From Chiloscyllium plagiosum (lineage: Eukaryota): a stretch of 60,147 nucleotides of DNA. How positions within the stretch are numbered: position 1 is the stretch's first letter; each line of letters begins with the position of its first letter. Of this stretch, positions 36,053 to 48,726 are shown in pieces. A program made the position numbers and the translations under genes. The stretch is taken from contig NC_057718.1 in assembly GCF_004010195.1 (NCBI RefSeq), forward strand, positions 31,866,641 to 31,926,787, in the 5' to 3' direction. A model generated the notes under the pieces. It made no database searches, had not been told where the DNA came from, and saw only the letters and a list, made by a program, of their open reading frames with translations.

Positions 36053-39000
36053 TTCAAATTTAATGCCAATTACATGTATTTCCCATGCTTCTTGCAACTT
36101 GTCAATAAAAGTAAGCAGAGATATCAGTGGAAACTGGGCAGGCGCAACAAACGAAAGGCAAAAAAAATCATGCAAGTGCTCAGAATGCAGACCTGCTTCC
36201 TTGACTCAGTGAAAGGTTTTTGTTCAGTGGACTCGTTACTCCTGCAATTATGAATACCAACAATTTTTATCTTCCTAACATCACCCTACTACATTCCTCA
36301 TACACTCAGCTCATAGAGCCATAGTCATATAACATGGAAACGGACTCTTTGGTCCACTTACTCATGCTAACCTGACATCCCAACCTGACCAAATCCCATC
36401 ATCTGATGAAACTTTCGACCACGCCTCCTTTGTGGACTTAGCTATTCCCAAACATAGCTATATTCTACCCTCTGCAAACCTGAGGTAATTGGAAAAACTC
36501 CACTGCTACTCTCTTCACTTATGCCAAAGCCCATGCAGCTATCACTTCTTTACTAGTTAACTCACTAGATTGTGAACAATGCTTTTACTTCAAAATTCTC
36601 ATCCTTGGTTTTGAATCCCCCTCAGAGAGTCAGGGAGTCATAAAGAAGAGAAGAGGTTCTTCAATCCATCAAGTCTGCACCCACCTACTTACACTAATCA
36701 TACTTTCCAGCACTTGGCCCATAGCCTTAAAAAGCAATGAGTGCTCATCCACGTTTTAAAGGTTGCAAGGTTTCCTGCCCCATACAGCCCTCCCAGGTCA
36801 GACATGCCAGATTTCAATCAACCTCTGGGCAAAAAACAAATTTTCCTCAAACCTCCTCTAAATCTTGGGCCCTTGTGGAAAAACAAAGAGTTAACTTTTC
36901 AAGTCCGGTATGATCTTTTGTGAAATTTTGTGATCTTTTGAGCAACTCTAGGCTAAGTTTGGCTTGGAGGGATGCAGGGAGCATGATGGAAGCAATATAG
37001 CAAAATGAATAGAGATCTTAAATCTGAAGGAGTTCATGCGTGTTGGAGGGGACAGTATAAGGGTCATAGACGAAGCGGGATTTCAAATGACTATTTTGGA
37101 CAAGAAAAACTAATAGTTATTTTTGCATTTCAGAATGATCTTGAAATAATGAGTAGTTTTAGCAGATAAGAGCAGGACCATAGCAATTTATGCATTCCAG
37201 CCAAATCTTTCAGTAAGTGGCTAATCTGGTTGTCCATCTTTGCACCTCCTCTGAACCTAAGGGAGTGGAAATGACAGTCATGACAGGATGAGACAGAAGT
37301 GTTTTAATTAGGACAAGGAGATCAAAGGTGGGGATGATACTGCAATTAAGTAGTTTGTTGATTTAGGAAGAGTTTCTTTCTCCGTGTGTGTGTTGGGGGG
37401 AGGGTAGGTTTGTGTGATTAGTAAAGGCGAAATGCATCTAGAAAGGATATTAATTTGAAATACAGAGGTGTTGGTCGTCAATCCTTTTTAACTTAGAGAT
37501 AGTATGGAGATCAAAAAAGACAGATTAAAGAAAGGCATGAACGGGAGTTGGCAATCTGGATTATTAAATAGCAAAACAGACTCAAAATCTCAGGTTTGCA
37601 CATAAGAGGAGCTTGCAAGTACAAAACTATACTCATCACTGCTCAAAAAAAGTTTACAATTAATTTTAAGATGTTATTGCACAAAAAGGCAAGTAGCAAC
37701 TTGCATCAGGCCAAGTTAAACATTCTTCATTTAACAAAAGAAATAAACAGAATTCCATTATTTCTCCACAGCAAAGTATTCTTGTATTATACAGTGGCCA
37801 GTGCTTTCCTGTTGATGAACAAATGATACTCTTGGAATGAGCCTCACACAGTCACTGTGACAAAATGGCAGCCAAATTTCCAAGAATCTGTCTAATTGGA
37901 TCAATGTAACATGAGAACATTTTTAAAAGTTTAATCTCACCACAATATAGCCAAAACTGGGCAGAATGAATAATCAGTCAAATTAAACTTCAGTATATTT
38001 GGCTTACCATACATAACGGCTGTTCTGAACAAAAACTTTATTTGCCCCATACAATATGCTTGACAGTAATGCTAAGAACTAAACTAACTACATACTAAGC
38101 CAAAAATTCTTAAATAAAAATGCAACTTAGGATATATATCAAATTTTTTTCCCTAAAATAAGAGTTAATTTTCTATTCAATATCATTAACTTTAACTCTT
38201 ATTTGAATTCACTGCATTAGCAAATTGATATTAGGTGCCCTTATTTTTCTCAGAATTTAGTTGGATCTTCAACTAATAACATTAACCTTTTCTCTGTACT
38301 GAATTATTTGCCAAAGACTGACCCCTGGAGGACTAAAGGTGTAACTCAACAAAATAATTCTAATCTGCATCACGTAAAACTGGACACGAGAGTCATGATT
38401 CAACAAAATAGCGCAAGTTATCATTGTTGTAATAGCACCAATAGGAGGCAACTTAATAATTAAGAAAACAGAGCATGCATATGCCATACTTTGTCCAACA
38501 GTCAAAAACAAAAAGGAATGAAGAAGCAGGAATAAATAAGTGTGCTTGGAGTACTAATACTACTGGTAATCTTTAGCACTTTTAGTAAAGTGAAACATCC
38601 CAAGGCATTTTACAGGAACATTAACAAAGAAAATTTGTTATTCAGTCCCATAAGTAGAAAGGTGATCAAAAGCCATCTGGAGGAGAACAATCTGAACACC
38701 ATCAGCAAGGCAACTTGAAACAGCAACTGCTTCTCAACAGAGAGGCAAAGGAAGGCATCCCGAACAAAAAGGAGTTAATGGTCTGGTATACTGAACTAGG
38801 CTACAATGAGCCACAGCCTCGAGCCACAAGAGTGGAACAAAGAAACCTTCATTCACTTCCATGGACTATTCTCTGCTTAGTGCTACTGTGAAGCAACCTT
38901 CAACTATTTGACTACAGAAGCCATCGCAGCTGCTGAACCTGGCTTCAAGTTTCAACCCCTTCAGTTCAGAAAAGAAAATGTTCAAGGAAGTCAGGTCTGA

Positions 39001-39614
39001 AATGATAATAGTAACCGATCTCATTTTCATCTTCAGACATTCCTTTTATCCTTGTTTAAAATCTTTGTGTATATATTTTCCCTAATTATTGGCACTTTTG
39101 TTTTTACTCAAGGGACTTTCAGTCAATTTTTATCAAATTGGCTGCAAATGTTAACTATGATGACTGACTATTCCACAAAGCTGTGTCAAATATACTGGAA
39201 CTCCTTGTGATTTACCTCCTGTCTCCTGCTCAACAATACATACACTTGAGTTTTCAAACCTTTTGAGGGTTCAACAAAATTCAACAGAATTCAAGACTTC
39301 TTGAATTACCTTGTGATCAACTTTGAACACAACACAGTCTAATTGTCTGCTTTTGGTCATGGCTTTCAGAAGCCAATTTCTAAGAACTCCTTACACCTAC
39401 TTTAAAGACAAAGTAACTACCTTTACAAAATATGTATAATTTATACATTCAGCCACTCATTTCATTATTACTGCCAAGCACATCTATTTATAAATTCCTC
39501 CATGACAGTCAAACCTGAAACAATTAGGTGGAATTAACAGTCATTCACTGTCAATTTCTGCAGCCAGAACCTATCTCAACATTAGTTTTTTTTCTGCTGT
39601 CTGTCTGCCAAGTT

Positions 39615-39938
39615 GGGATGGCATGTGGCTCAGTGGTTAGCAGTGTTGCCTCTCAGTGCCGGAACCCAGATTCAATTCCAGCCTTGGGTGACTGTATGTG
39701 GAGTTTTCACATTCTCCCTGTGCCGGCTTGGGTTTCCTCCCACAGCACAAAGATGTGCAGGTTAAGTGGTTGCTTGCCATGCTAAATTGCACTGTGTTGT
39801 GCAAGCTAGGTGGGTTAGCTATAGTAAATGCAGGGTTACAGAGAGATGGTGGGGTGGTGTGATGCTCTTCGGAGGGTCTGTGCAGACTCAATGGATTGAA
39901 TAGCCTCTATCTGCAATGTAAGGATTCTATTATTCTAC
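39615..39938 (+). mobile_element. HE1-family SINE, older
   Basis: Reads gggatggcatgtggctcagtggttagcagtgttgcctc...gccatgctaaattg...aggattctattattcta. Confidence 0.88.
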
Positions 39939-40469
39939 ATCCCTCCTCAACCCTCATAGCTGTTGCCTCGCTCATCCCTCAGTTGTGCTGCCCTCTGTGA
40001 AAGGGAGTTGCATGGTCAGCATTTTAATGGGAATAGGGTCAAGAGAGACACAGTGAATTCAGAAGGCTCAAATGTGTTATAGATCTGCGGAAATAGCAGC
40101 AAAAGAAATCAACAAAGGCAACAGATCAGATAGTGTCAATCATACTGAAAGGAATTCATGAGCTCCTTGCTCTTGTTGAAGACAAGGGTAGATGTAACTG
40201 GCAAGAGCAGTTTAAAAAAATATTCAAGAGACCCTTGAATAGTGAGCAGCTTTGGCAGACAAATTAGCACCCAACAAGGCTTTGTGGTCCAGCAAGATCT
40301 GACAATGAATAGGTAAATAAGTTGCCATCCATCTCTGTTCAAATTTGAGTCTTAGATTAGTCAACTTGAATACATCATTTTGAATACATCAATTTGATGA
40401 TGAAATTTAGATGGATGAAATCAAATTCATCACATACAATGAACGACTTTTTGAACCATGACTATTATC

Positions 40470-40805
40470 TAGGCAATTACAGCAATCTGCTAGGGCAAAG
40501 GAAGGTCCAGCAATGTCAATTAGACTGATTACAACTAATCTGATTTCTTGTTGCTATTGCTAAAGTAGTATCATCCAGGACAGGTCCCAATATCTTTCTT
40601 TGAATAATGTCTTTTAAAATTATAATATCCATCTTAACATAAAATACCAGATAAACTGTGCACTAAATTCAAAAGCTATGTATGGAGAGATATTAAGGAC
40701 AGGGTGATTAGTTTAAATTCACATTCAAACACCACATCTTCAATAATACATCAAATCTCTCTGTTACACTGAAGTGAAAGCTCAGATTCTAGTCTTGAAC
40801 CCACT
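40470..40805 (-). mobile_element. Highly decayed Deu-domain-like SINE
   Basis: Weak reverse-complement similarity to 3100-3525 (ccaggaca...ctttctttgaataatg; cttcaataatacatca...ctgttacactgaagtg...cttgaaccca). Confidence 0.4.
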
Positions 40806-40884
40806 AAAATTGAGAGCTACATTACAAATGTGTATCCAAATTATATTGTACAAAGTATTTAGCCATGTACGCTGATCAATCTCA

Positions 40885-41202
40885 GGCAACACGGTAGCTC
40901 AGTGGTTAGCACTGCTGCCTCACAGCGCCAGGGACCCGGGTTCGATTCCAGCCTCGGGTGACCGTCTGTATGGAGTCTGTACATCCCCCCTGTTTCCTCT
41001 GGGTGCTCTGGCTTCCTCCCACAATCCAAAGATGTGCAGCTCAGGTGAACTGGCCATGCTAAATTGCCCAAAGCGTTAGGTGCATTAGTCAGGGTTAAAT
41101 ATAGGTTAGGGGAACGGGTCTGGGTGAGTTACTCTTTGGAGGATCGGTGCGGACTTGTTGGGCTGAAGGGCCTGTTTCCATACTGTGGGGAATCTAATCT
41201 AA
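40885..41202 (+). mobile_element. HE1 SINE
   Basis: Reads ggcaacacggtagctcagtggttagcactgctgcctcacagcgccagggacccgggttcgattcc...aatctaatctaa. Confidence 0.93.
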
Positions 41203-41671
41203 ACCTTCTCTCCAGCTTATATTGCAACAAATTCCGATGGTCCAACTCTACTGTCCTACTTCCAGAATTGCCTTAACTTTCAACAATAAATGCAGTAAAA
41301 ACCAGTGTTAAAATAGCAAAAAGGATTAGTATGACTTTTAAATATTTTAATGGCATCTACACATCTGGGTCCAATTCATCACACTCCTTGAGCACTTAGT
41401 TTTAGTTTTGCTTTGTCTCAACTCTCCGCATGGAGTTTCTCACATAAGTTGACTAAGTTTATTTCGCAATATAAACTGGTCTACGCATAGCAGAATAAAA
41501 TTTTCTTGGTCGCATTAGAGCTAAAAGGAAAATCATGACTTAATAAAATACATACAAAATCATTAAGGCCTATGACAATTGTTCTAACAATGATACTTCA
41601 AGCTTCCTGCCATCCACACAACTCCGCCACTTAAAGTGAAAGATAAAATGAAATTGAAGTTGAAAACTCAC

Positions 41672-41810
41672 CTTTTATGTTTGCTTTAATGTAATTATTC
41701 AGATTAAGTTCTCCCGGACAGTCAATTAGTAGATTTGCTGCCGGTTCTAAGCCAAGCTGACGTGCCTGCTGAGCTTTTGTCTTCTTACTTCCACTTTTAT
41801 AAGGAGCAAA
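41672..41810 (-). CDS. SRBD1: SRBD1 coding exon 6 ([46 protein letters not shown])
   Basis: Splice sites ctgttttcag|TTT and AAA G|gtgagt. 139 nt. Carries the Tex motif PYK...TKAQ.AR.LGLE.AA. Confidence 0.97.
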
Positions 41811-42229
41811 CTGAAAACAGACAAGCAATGATTTAGACGACTGCAAATTGTAATTCAAGCAAATAAATTGCAAGTTGTGCAGAAACATAACAATTTTGTT
41901 AAATCTGTTTTTGAAATAAAGAGTGAAGTAAAGCACTAGGTTGGGTTAGCAGATCAAAGTACAAAATTAAAAAGTTATAAAATATTGTCGTCTACAACTT
42001 GAACAGTGCCAAGAAGAGAAACATATTGCCAAAGCTTATGTTTTACACTCAGAACTTAAATTTCAAATGATCATAACAATCTATCCCAAAGAAAAAAGGA
42101 TGCTGATTGGTTAGCAAGTCAATTCTGATTGGCTGAAGCACTGCCGCAAAAAAAAAGTTGCAAACTGTAGGGTCTTCAACTTCCTAAGTAATTCAGAAAA
42201 TGTCTCTGGCTTAAACATATTCCTAAATT

Positions 42230-42362
42230 AAAACAAGGAACTGTGGTTGCTGGAAATCTGAAGCCAAAACAGAAATTGCTGGAGTAACTCAGCAGGTCTG
42301 GCATCTGAGCAGAGAAACTACAGTTAACAATTCGGGTTCAGTGACCTGTTCTGAAGAAGGGG
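42230..42362. mobile_element. PLE terminal mini-element, partial fold-back
   Basis: The left arm ...aaacagaaattgctggagtaactcagcaggtctggcatct...gttaacaattcgggttcagtgacct is directly followed by the opposite-sense start gtt-CTGAAGA-aggg. Confidence 0.7.
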
Positions 42363-42367
42363 AATTG

Positions 42368-43735
42368 TGTGGCGACACATGCTATAAGACTGGCCTCTTC
42401 AACAATCCTGTAAATACAACCTTAACCATCTGCTCATTTGCAAGCTTGGTTCAGAAATAGAGTCCACCAAGCATATCCTGAGTAGCAATAACTATCCTGA
42501 TTAATAATTGCTTGCTGTGAATCACACAAACTCATGAAAGGCCCAAATACCACCACTTCCAAACCTGAAAGTTACTCACTCTACCTCAAACTGCCCTGAT
42601 ATCTCAAAATTTGAACAACAGATTAAGCAAGCTTTTTCACACCAGTACTGGGCGGCGTCTATGCAAGCAGTATTTTTCCTTAACAGGAACTACTGTCAGT
42701 TCAAAAAGATATTTTGCCAACCACATATTTAAGCAATGTCTTGAATTTCAGTCCCAACAAAATGGCAAGTGTGTAGGCTGCATATCCCAGCAGTGCACTA
42801 ACTCTATCAAACACCATATTCATTCAGTTGTTCATAATAGGCAGGGTGGCGACCACACTTAATTGGCCCATGTTTGCAAAAACTAAAATAAAATGTTGGC
42901 TGTTCAATGTGATTCTTCAACCAGGCAACACAATGAACAATCCAAAGTATGGTAACCGCTACACCATGTCACAAAGCTAGTGCTTTTTCTAAAAAGCTAT
43001 TCCTTTTCTTAAGGATACTGTGTACTTGGCTTTCTTTCAGATGGGTCGTAAAAAAGACCAGGCTCTGAATCAGCTGAAGTGGTACAGAAATGAAATGGGT
43101 ATTGGGAGGACCTTTATTTGTACATAAACAGATGGGACCTTAGGCCAAAGCTTTTATGCTTTACAAGTAACCGGTACAATGAAAGGGGAGTGGTCAGTCC
43201 TGGAAGCTGAATTCTGGTTTTCAGTCAGTTGCAGCAGAGTCTGAATGGAAGGAGGCTGAAAACCTCGCTCTCTCTCTCTCTCTCTCTGTGCACTGCTGTT
43301 TTGACCTGCTTGTGCCATGGTTTATAGGGTGCGCTAAAGCATGTGTGTGTTTTCAGAACAGTATAATTGAGTCTAGTTTGGATAGACTGAGTTCTGTGGG
43401 TATTCTATATTCTGTTCTTGGTGTTTCATTCCATAATTTTGTGAATCAATTTTTGTCTATTTTAAAACCTGGTAGTCAACCTAGCTAACCTACTCCAGAT
43501 AAATTTCACTGTACACTTACCGAAACAAATAGTAAAGTTACGGTTTGGGCTGCCTGCTTAAGAATGTTTATGAGTAGTCTGGCCTAGTCCATAACAATCA
43601 ATAACTAATGCAAGATAATCAATCAGTCACGCTCATCATGTGGGTCATTTACATTTGCTAGAAGTGACATACATTCAAGCTTCGCAATCCATTCTCTGTA
43701 AACAAAAGAAATATATTCAAGGTGCCTTGTATTAT
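42368..43735 (+). mobile_element. Penelope-like element (another family), decayed GIY-YIG region split by a solo LTR; an inverted 3' piece may lie at about 42060-42225
   Basis: Frame-broken peptides YLKLP, KFEQQIKQA, QKDILPTT, EFQ...CVGCISQ and IKHHI...VHNRQG. After the LTR it resumes as HLHLLEVTYI...ILCKQKKYIQ. Confidence 0.7.
42967..43596. mobile_element. Solo LTR, 630 bp, probably Gypsy-type
   Basis: Starts TGTCAC and ends ATAACA. Flanked by ACCA and ATCA (4-bp TSD, one mismatch). Non-coding with an internal (CT)10, and the host PLE is contiguous across it. Confidence 0.7.
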
Positions 43736-44129
43736 TTTGTTGTGATCATTTGGAATTCTTACATCTGCCATGATGAGCAAAGTGATTATAGTTATTACAT
43801 AAAAGTATTACTCAAGTTTCCATTTGTAGTTCTAACCACTAATCAGAAATGCAAAAATAATTCAAAGGATCAGAAATGTGAATTCAGAAAAAAAGTGCGT
43901 AGGAAATTTAGTTCATACAACTGCTGGGCAGTTTGTGTGATTCAATTGAAACCAAATTTTAAATAAATCAAACGTAATTTAGACAAATTGCTTTGAAACT
44001 AGATATTCACAAACTAAAATAAATAAATCAGGAATAAAACAAATGTTCTAAGCTTACTTTTGTTTTTACAAAGATTATAAAGCAGATTCCTTTCGAAATG
44101 TGCACTTACAAACCAACTATTTTACTAAC

Positions 44130-44247
44130 CACATGTTCCACTTCTTCCACAGTCTGGCAGTTCAACAAAGCTTTATTTAAAAATGATGTAAGTTTTTCTT
44201 CTTTTGCTAATTTCTGGATGGCTGTGTGTGCTTTCTTTATTACTGTG
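44130..44247 (-). CDS. SRBD1: SRBD1 coding exon 5 (TVIKKAHTAIQKLAKEEKLTSFLNKALLNCQTVEEVEHV)
   Basis: Splice sites ttttattttag|C and CAT GTG|gttagt. 118 nt, phase 2 to 0, collinear with SRBD1 (KK.H..IQK..KE.K.....KA.LNC.T.EE.EHV). Confidence 0.95.
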
Positions 44248-45128
44248 CTAAAATAAAAAATAAATACCTTTAGTAACATAATGGTTTAAGGACTTCACAC
44301 AAAAACTGGTCTGTGCAACTGATTCCCATCAAACAGGTAATTTAATAAAACTCAACCTGACCTGATGATTGCTCGCAACACAAAAGACTTGGCTGAAGCT
44401 GTTTAACGCCCAAACTGAGCTGCCAGAAGAGGGCTTTTCAGATACTCTGCAGGTCAGGAGTGGGGATCATGAATAGAAGAAAAGGATTGTGCAGTATGCC
44501 ATCTTCTGGTACAAGATGAAACAACTACAATATCCAGAAAACAGCAGTCAGCCACTGTGGAAGAATGTCAATATCTGATTCATCCTTTGCCTCAAAAGGT
44601 TCTGATCTTCATTTCAGTTACTCAAAACTTCAGCTTAAGAAAACCAAATGCCTTCAACTTATCACAAATAGTTGTGCATTTTAATTATATTTTGTTAGAT
44701 ACAGACTACATTTGCACTGTATCCAATCAAAATTAATGCCCATGCATTACGAACACAAATGCTAATGTTGTTACTTTGGTGAACTAAAATACCTTAAAGT
44801 CATCTTTCTGAATTTTGTAGATTGTCAATCCTGCTATCCTGGGATGTTATTTCTGGTTTTAATTGCATAACATACTGAGGAAAACTAAACTAAAAGTAAG
44901 TTCAAAATGATAACATTCATAGAACTAGATCCAAACTTTTATTATTGCACTAAAAAAGCTAAAAGAAAAAGTAGGCAAACTCCATTTAATACTTGCTTTT
45001 ATAATTAAATCTACAACTATAGGCAAATATTTCTCAAAAAAACTCAAAGAAGCCATATTTGTGTAAAAAAACAATTTTGTTTAAGGGAGGACATAGTACA
45101 ATATTTCTTTATTGCTCAAGTTTCTTAC

Positions 45129-45295
45129 GTCAATTCTTCAAGTGTCTGTTGTACTTCTCGCAAAGTATCAGCATCCATGTTGTTGGTAAGCTCTTTTCGA
45201 TATCGGGCAATAAATGGAATAGTGTTTTCTTCCTTAAATAGACGAATGACATTTGCACATGCCCATGCATCTGTGTTTGTCCTCTCAGACAAAAC
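45129..45295 (-). CDS. SRBD1: SRBD1 coding exon 4, Tex N-terminal region ([55 protein letters not shown])
   Basis: Splice sites cctctag|GTT and TTG AC|gtaag. 167 nt. Carries the hallmark Tex-family motif [11 protein letters not shown]. Confidence 0.97.
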
Positions 45296-47338
45296 CTAGA
45301 GGTACAACAGGTTCTATTAATATATCTATGGGTTCAAGTAACACTGGAGTCACACTGCTACACACATTATTGCCTCCTTAAATTAGAAGATTATTGAAAA
45401 TATATAAACATCTCATGGTATCATCCATGTTAGGTCAATCAAGAGTAATTGGTCCAATGCTCCATTGCAAGTGCCTTTCTAATGTAACAAATATGAGGTC
45501 TAGAAGATTAAATTTAAAAATGCCAGAGCATAGATGAAGGAGGTCAAGTGACCTGTTGTCTGCCCAATAGTAAGCCTGGGTAATTTGATAGTTAGAAATC
45601 AAAGGAACGTAGATTATGAGCTGTGAAGATGAAACAAGGTATTTACACTTGAAGACAATGGGGTTTACAAGGAATAAATAGTGAATCTCCCAACATCCCA
45701 GAAAGGTGTTTGAGATATTGTTTGTAAATAGTTGTGCTATAATTTATCCATTTACTCCTATTACAAGAGCAACTTGGGATTCAGGGTAGCTAATTAGTAT
45801 TTCTAAATGGATAGAAGACTAATATTTTAAATTATTTGAGGAACACAGCAGAAGAAACCAATTTTGAGATCAGTTTATATGCTATATTACAAATAAATGA
45901 ACAGGTCGAGGTTCAGTGTGGTCAACAGAAAAAGACATTTGGCCTTGTGAGCTACATAAGCCAAATATTAGACAAGGATGACCTCTAATCAGAAAGCCAC
46001 ATCTTGCAGCTTTCTCCAAATTCTAGGACACTCATTCTGATGTGGCCAGGGGTGAGAAGAATCATCAGAATAGGCTTTACTGCCAGTGGTTATTTTAAGA
46101 TATGCTTCAAAAGCTGAAGGTGGTGCCCAGATAGAGCCAGGCAAACTTACAACTGGGAAAAATGAGGAAAATAGGAACCCATTAGAAGGTACAAATAATA
46201 GTGTTCGCTAAAAGGGCTAATTCTATGGAGGGTGCAATAGTGCATAAGGAGACTGTCAAGAGTTTTGTCATTGTTAATAAATTACTAAAAAAAACTGTGA
46301 ATTTAAAATGTAAAGTCTAGTCAGATCATTCTTTCAGCTAACAACTGGAAGCTTGAATCTCTCAAAAAGAGATTGCAACACTGGCTTCATCCCAAACTCA
46401 CCCCACCCTTTTCCACCATAGCCATAGTGTAATGAAAAGAAACAGATTTAGCTGATAATACTTCGTCTGTTCTAAAAAGTGAGATTACCAACAAGAGCAC
46501 TATTTTTGAGCGAAGTATCAATTTCCTGGAATCACAAAGGCTTCCCATCCCTAGCTACTGTTTAACAACAGTAGTATGCAGAAAACAAATGGGGCATTGG
46601 GAAGAACTTAAATTGAATGGGCTGCCAATACATAAGGGTTGAAATCCAAAGAGACCAAACTCTGAATAAATAATTTTGGAAGGATACAACACAGGAGGCA
46701 TTTTTTTTTAAAAAGTAGTATTTTTTGGATGTGGGTAACTATATCAAGATGACATTTGTCCTAATTGAAACCAACAAATTAACTGAAGCTTAGCTATTTA
46801 CCATGGTGGGACTTGAGCACTCAACCCTCAGAATTACTCAGTTCACTACATAACTAATAAGCTATAGCATCTGTTGTAAAGGAGAAGCATGGATTAATTT
46901 AAAATCAAGTTATAGCTTTAAGTTAGAGGCAATGCTGGAATTCAGAAGCCAATGTGTAAAATAGTTTTTGGTTTTACACTGCCGTAACCTTCTTATATCA
47001 AGCAATTATTTGGCGTAAACAACAGTTGGAGTAACAAGTCAGTAGTGAGGCAATGAATAGTTTAGGGACTCATGTCAGATAAGCAGCGATGCAACACATG
47101 TCCTACCTCATTTTATAATATCATGTGAACTGAATACTAAAGGTAATTCAAGCACACAAGATAAATCTGTATTATTGCAACTATTTATTTTTTAAAAACT
47201 CTTCAAAATTCAAACTTTGACAATAATACCATTCCTCATGTGCTGTAATTGAACAAAGGAACATAAACATTAGGGACATGAATAAACAAGCCTTTCAAGT
47301 CTGCTCTATCATTCATTAAGATCAATTGATGCGCATAC

Positions 47339-47665
47339 CTGGGTTATATTCCAGTTCATTTGCGTTTCCCCAATTTCTACACATCCTCTTTGTAGTTTTA
47401 CTGGTTTCCCAACTGGACAATTCTCAGTCTTCTGCTTTTTTAAAGCTGGTTCCTCCCATGTGAAAGACACATCCGGTTCTTCCTTGATTTTCCTGTTATC
47501 CAAATATGTGCTTGTTGATGGTTGCTCCACCTTAACCACACAATGTTCATTTTCTTTTTTAATTTGTATTGCAGGTTGCGGAGTCATCTGTTCCACGTTT
47601 TTAAAATTTTGCTTAATTTGCAAAGATAATTTATCTTCATTGTTATTCAATACTGTTGGTTGACC
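47339..47665 (-). CDS. SRBD1: SRBD1 coding exon 3 (GQPTVLNNNEDK...KEEPDVSFTWEEPALKKQKTE...QMNWNITQ)
   Basis: Splice sites ttatctgacag|GGT and ACC CAG|gtatgc. 327 nt, phase 0 to 0. Motifs PSTST, KEE..FT...ALKK.KTE, PVK and MNW..Q match the SRBD1 segment preceding the Tex domain. Confidence 0.9.
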
Positions 47666-48648
47666 CTGTCAGATAAACAGCACAAGACATACGGAAATGA
47701 AGCAAATCATTTGAAAACATTTACAGTTTAGTGTTAATTCTAGACAAACCTAACCAATCAATTTCACTACTTCCAAAAAAACAAAATCAAATGCACACAC
47801 TACACTTTTAGTTTCCTGAGTTTAGTGAGAATATCAACAATGATCTATAAAAGGAGAACTGATTCCTGCTCTCCTGTTACTTTTTTATCCCTTGCAATTC
47901 CCAACTCTTGAAATCATGAATGCCTAGTTGGACCTCTTATCACAATCCAGTAAATCCAGCATCCATTATTCATGTGTGTGCTGATTCAATGGTGATGGAA
48001 TGGGAACAGGAATATCAAAACCATCCTCACTTATATTCTCAAAGGGGCGTGCTTAAGAAAGAAATCAGGAAGACAAAGAGGGGGTATGAGATAGCATTGA
48101 CACATAAGGTTAAGGATAATCCAAAGAGGTTATACAAATACTTTAAACACAAGAGTGTAACTAGAGAACAGGGTAGGGCCTCTTAAAGATCAAGGAGGTT
48201 GTCTCTGTGCTGAACCCCAGAATATGAGAGAGATACTAAGTGAATATTTCAAGTCAGTTTTTACTGTGGAGAAAGAAATGGAGTCTAGAGAATGCAGAGA
48301 AATAAACTTTGATGTTTTCAAAACAGTTCACATTATAGAAGAGGACGTTCAGGAGGTCTTAAGGAATATAAAAGTGGATAAATCTCCTGGATCAGATCTA
48401 AATGTATCCCAGATATTATGGGAAGTAAGAGAGGAAACTGTGAAACCCTTTGCAGAAATATTTGCATCATCTTTAACTAGAGGTGAGGTGCCTTATGACC
48501 GGAGGGTGGCTAATGCTGTCCCTGTTTAAGAAAGGTTGTAAGGAGAAACCAGGGAACTATAGATCGGAGTCTGACTTCAGTTGTTGGTAAATTTTTGGAG
48601 GTGATTACAAAAGATAGGATTTATGGACATTAAGAGGGGCAGAAATTG

Positions 48649-48726
48649 TTTGCCCGAAACGTCGATTCTCCTGTTCCCTGGATGCTGCCTGACCTGCTGC
48701 GCTTTTCCAGCAACACATTTTCAGCT
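48649..48726 (+). mobile_element. 78-bp PLE terminal fragment inserted in CR1, with a 9-bp TSD
   Basis: Flanked by CAGAAATTG at 48640-48648 and 48727-48735. It is 76/78 identical to the reverse complement of 60051-60128. Confidence 0.92.

Noticed and set aside
40326..40432. Knot of short inverted and direct repeats (catccatct/agatggatg; ttgaatacatca twice)
   Set aside because: It is short and AT-rich, consistent with local slippage or template switching. There is no D box for a snoRNA and no TSD.
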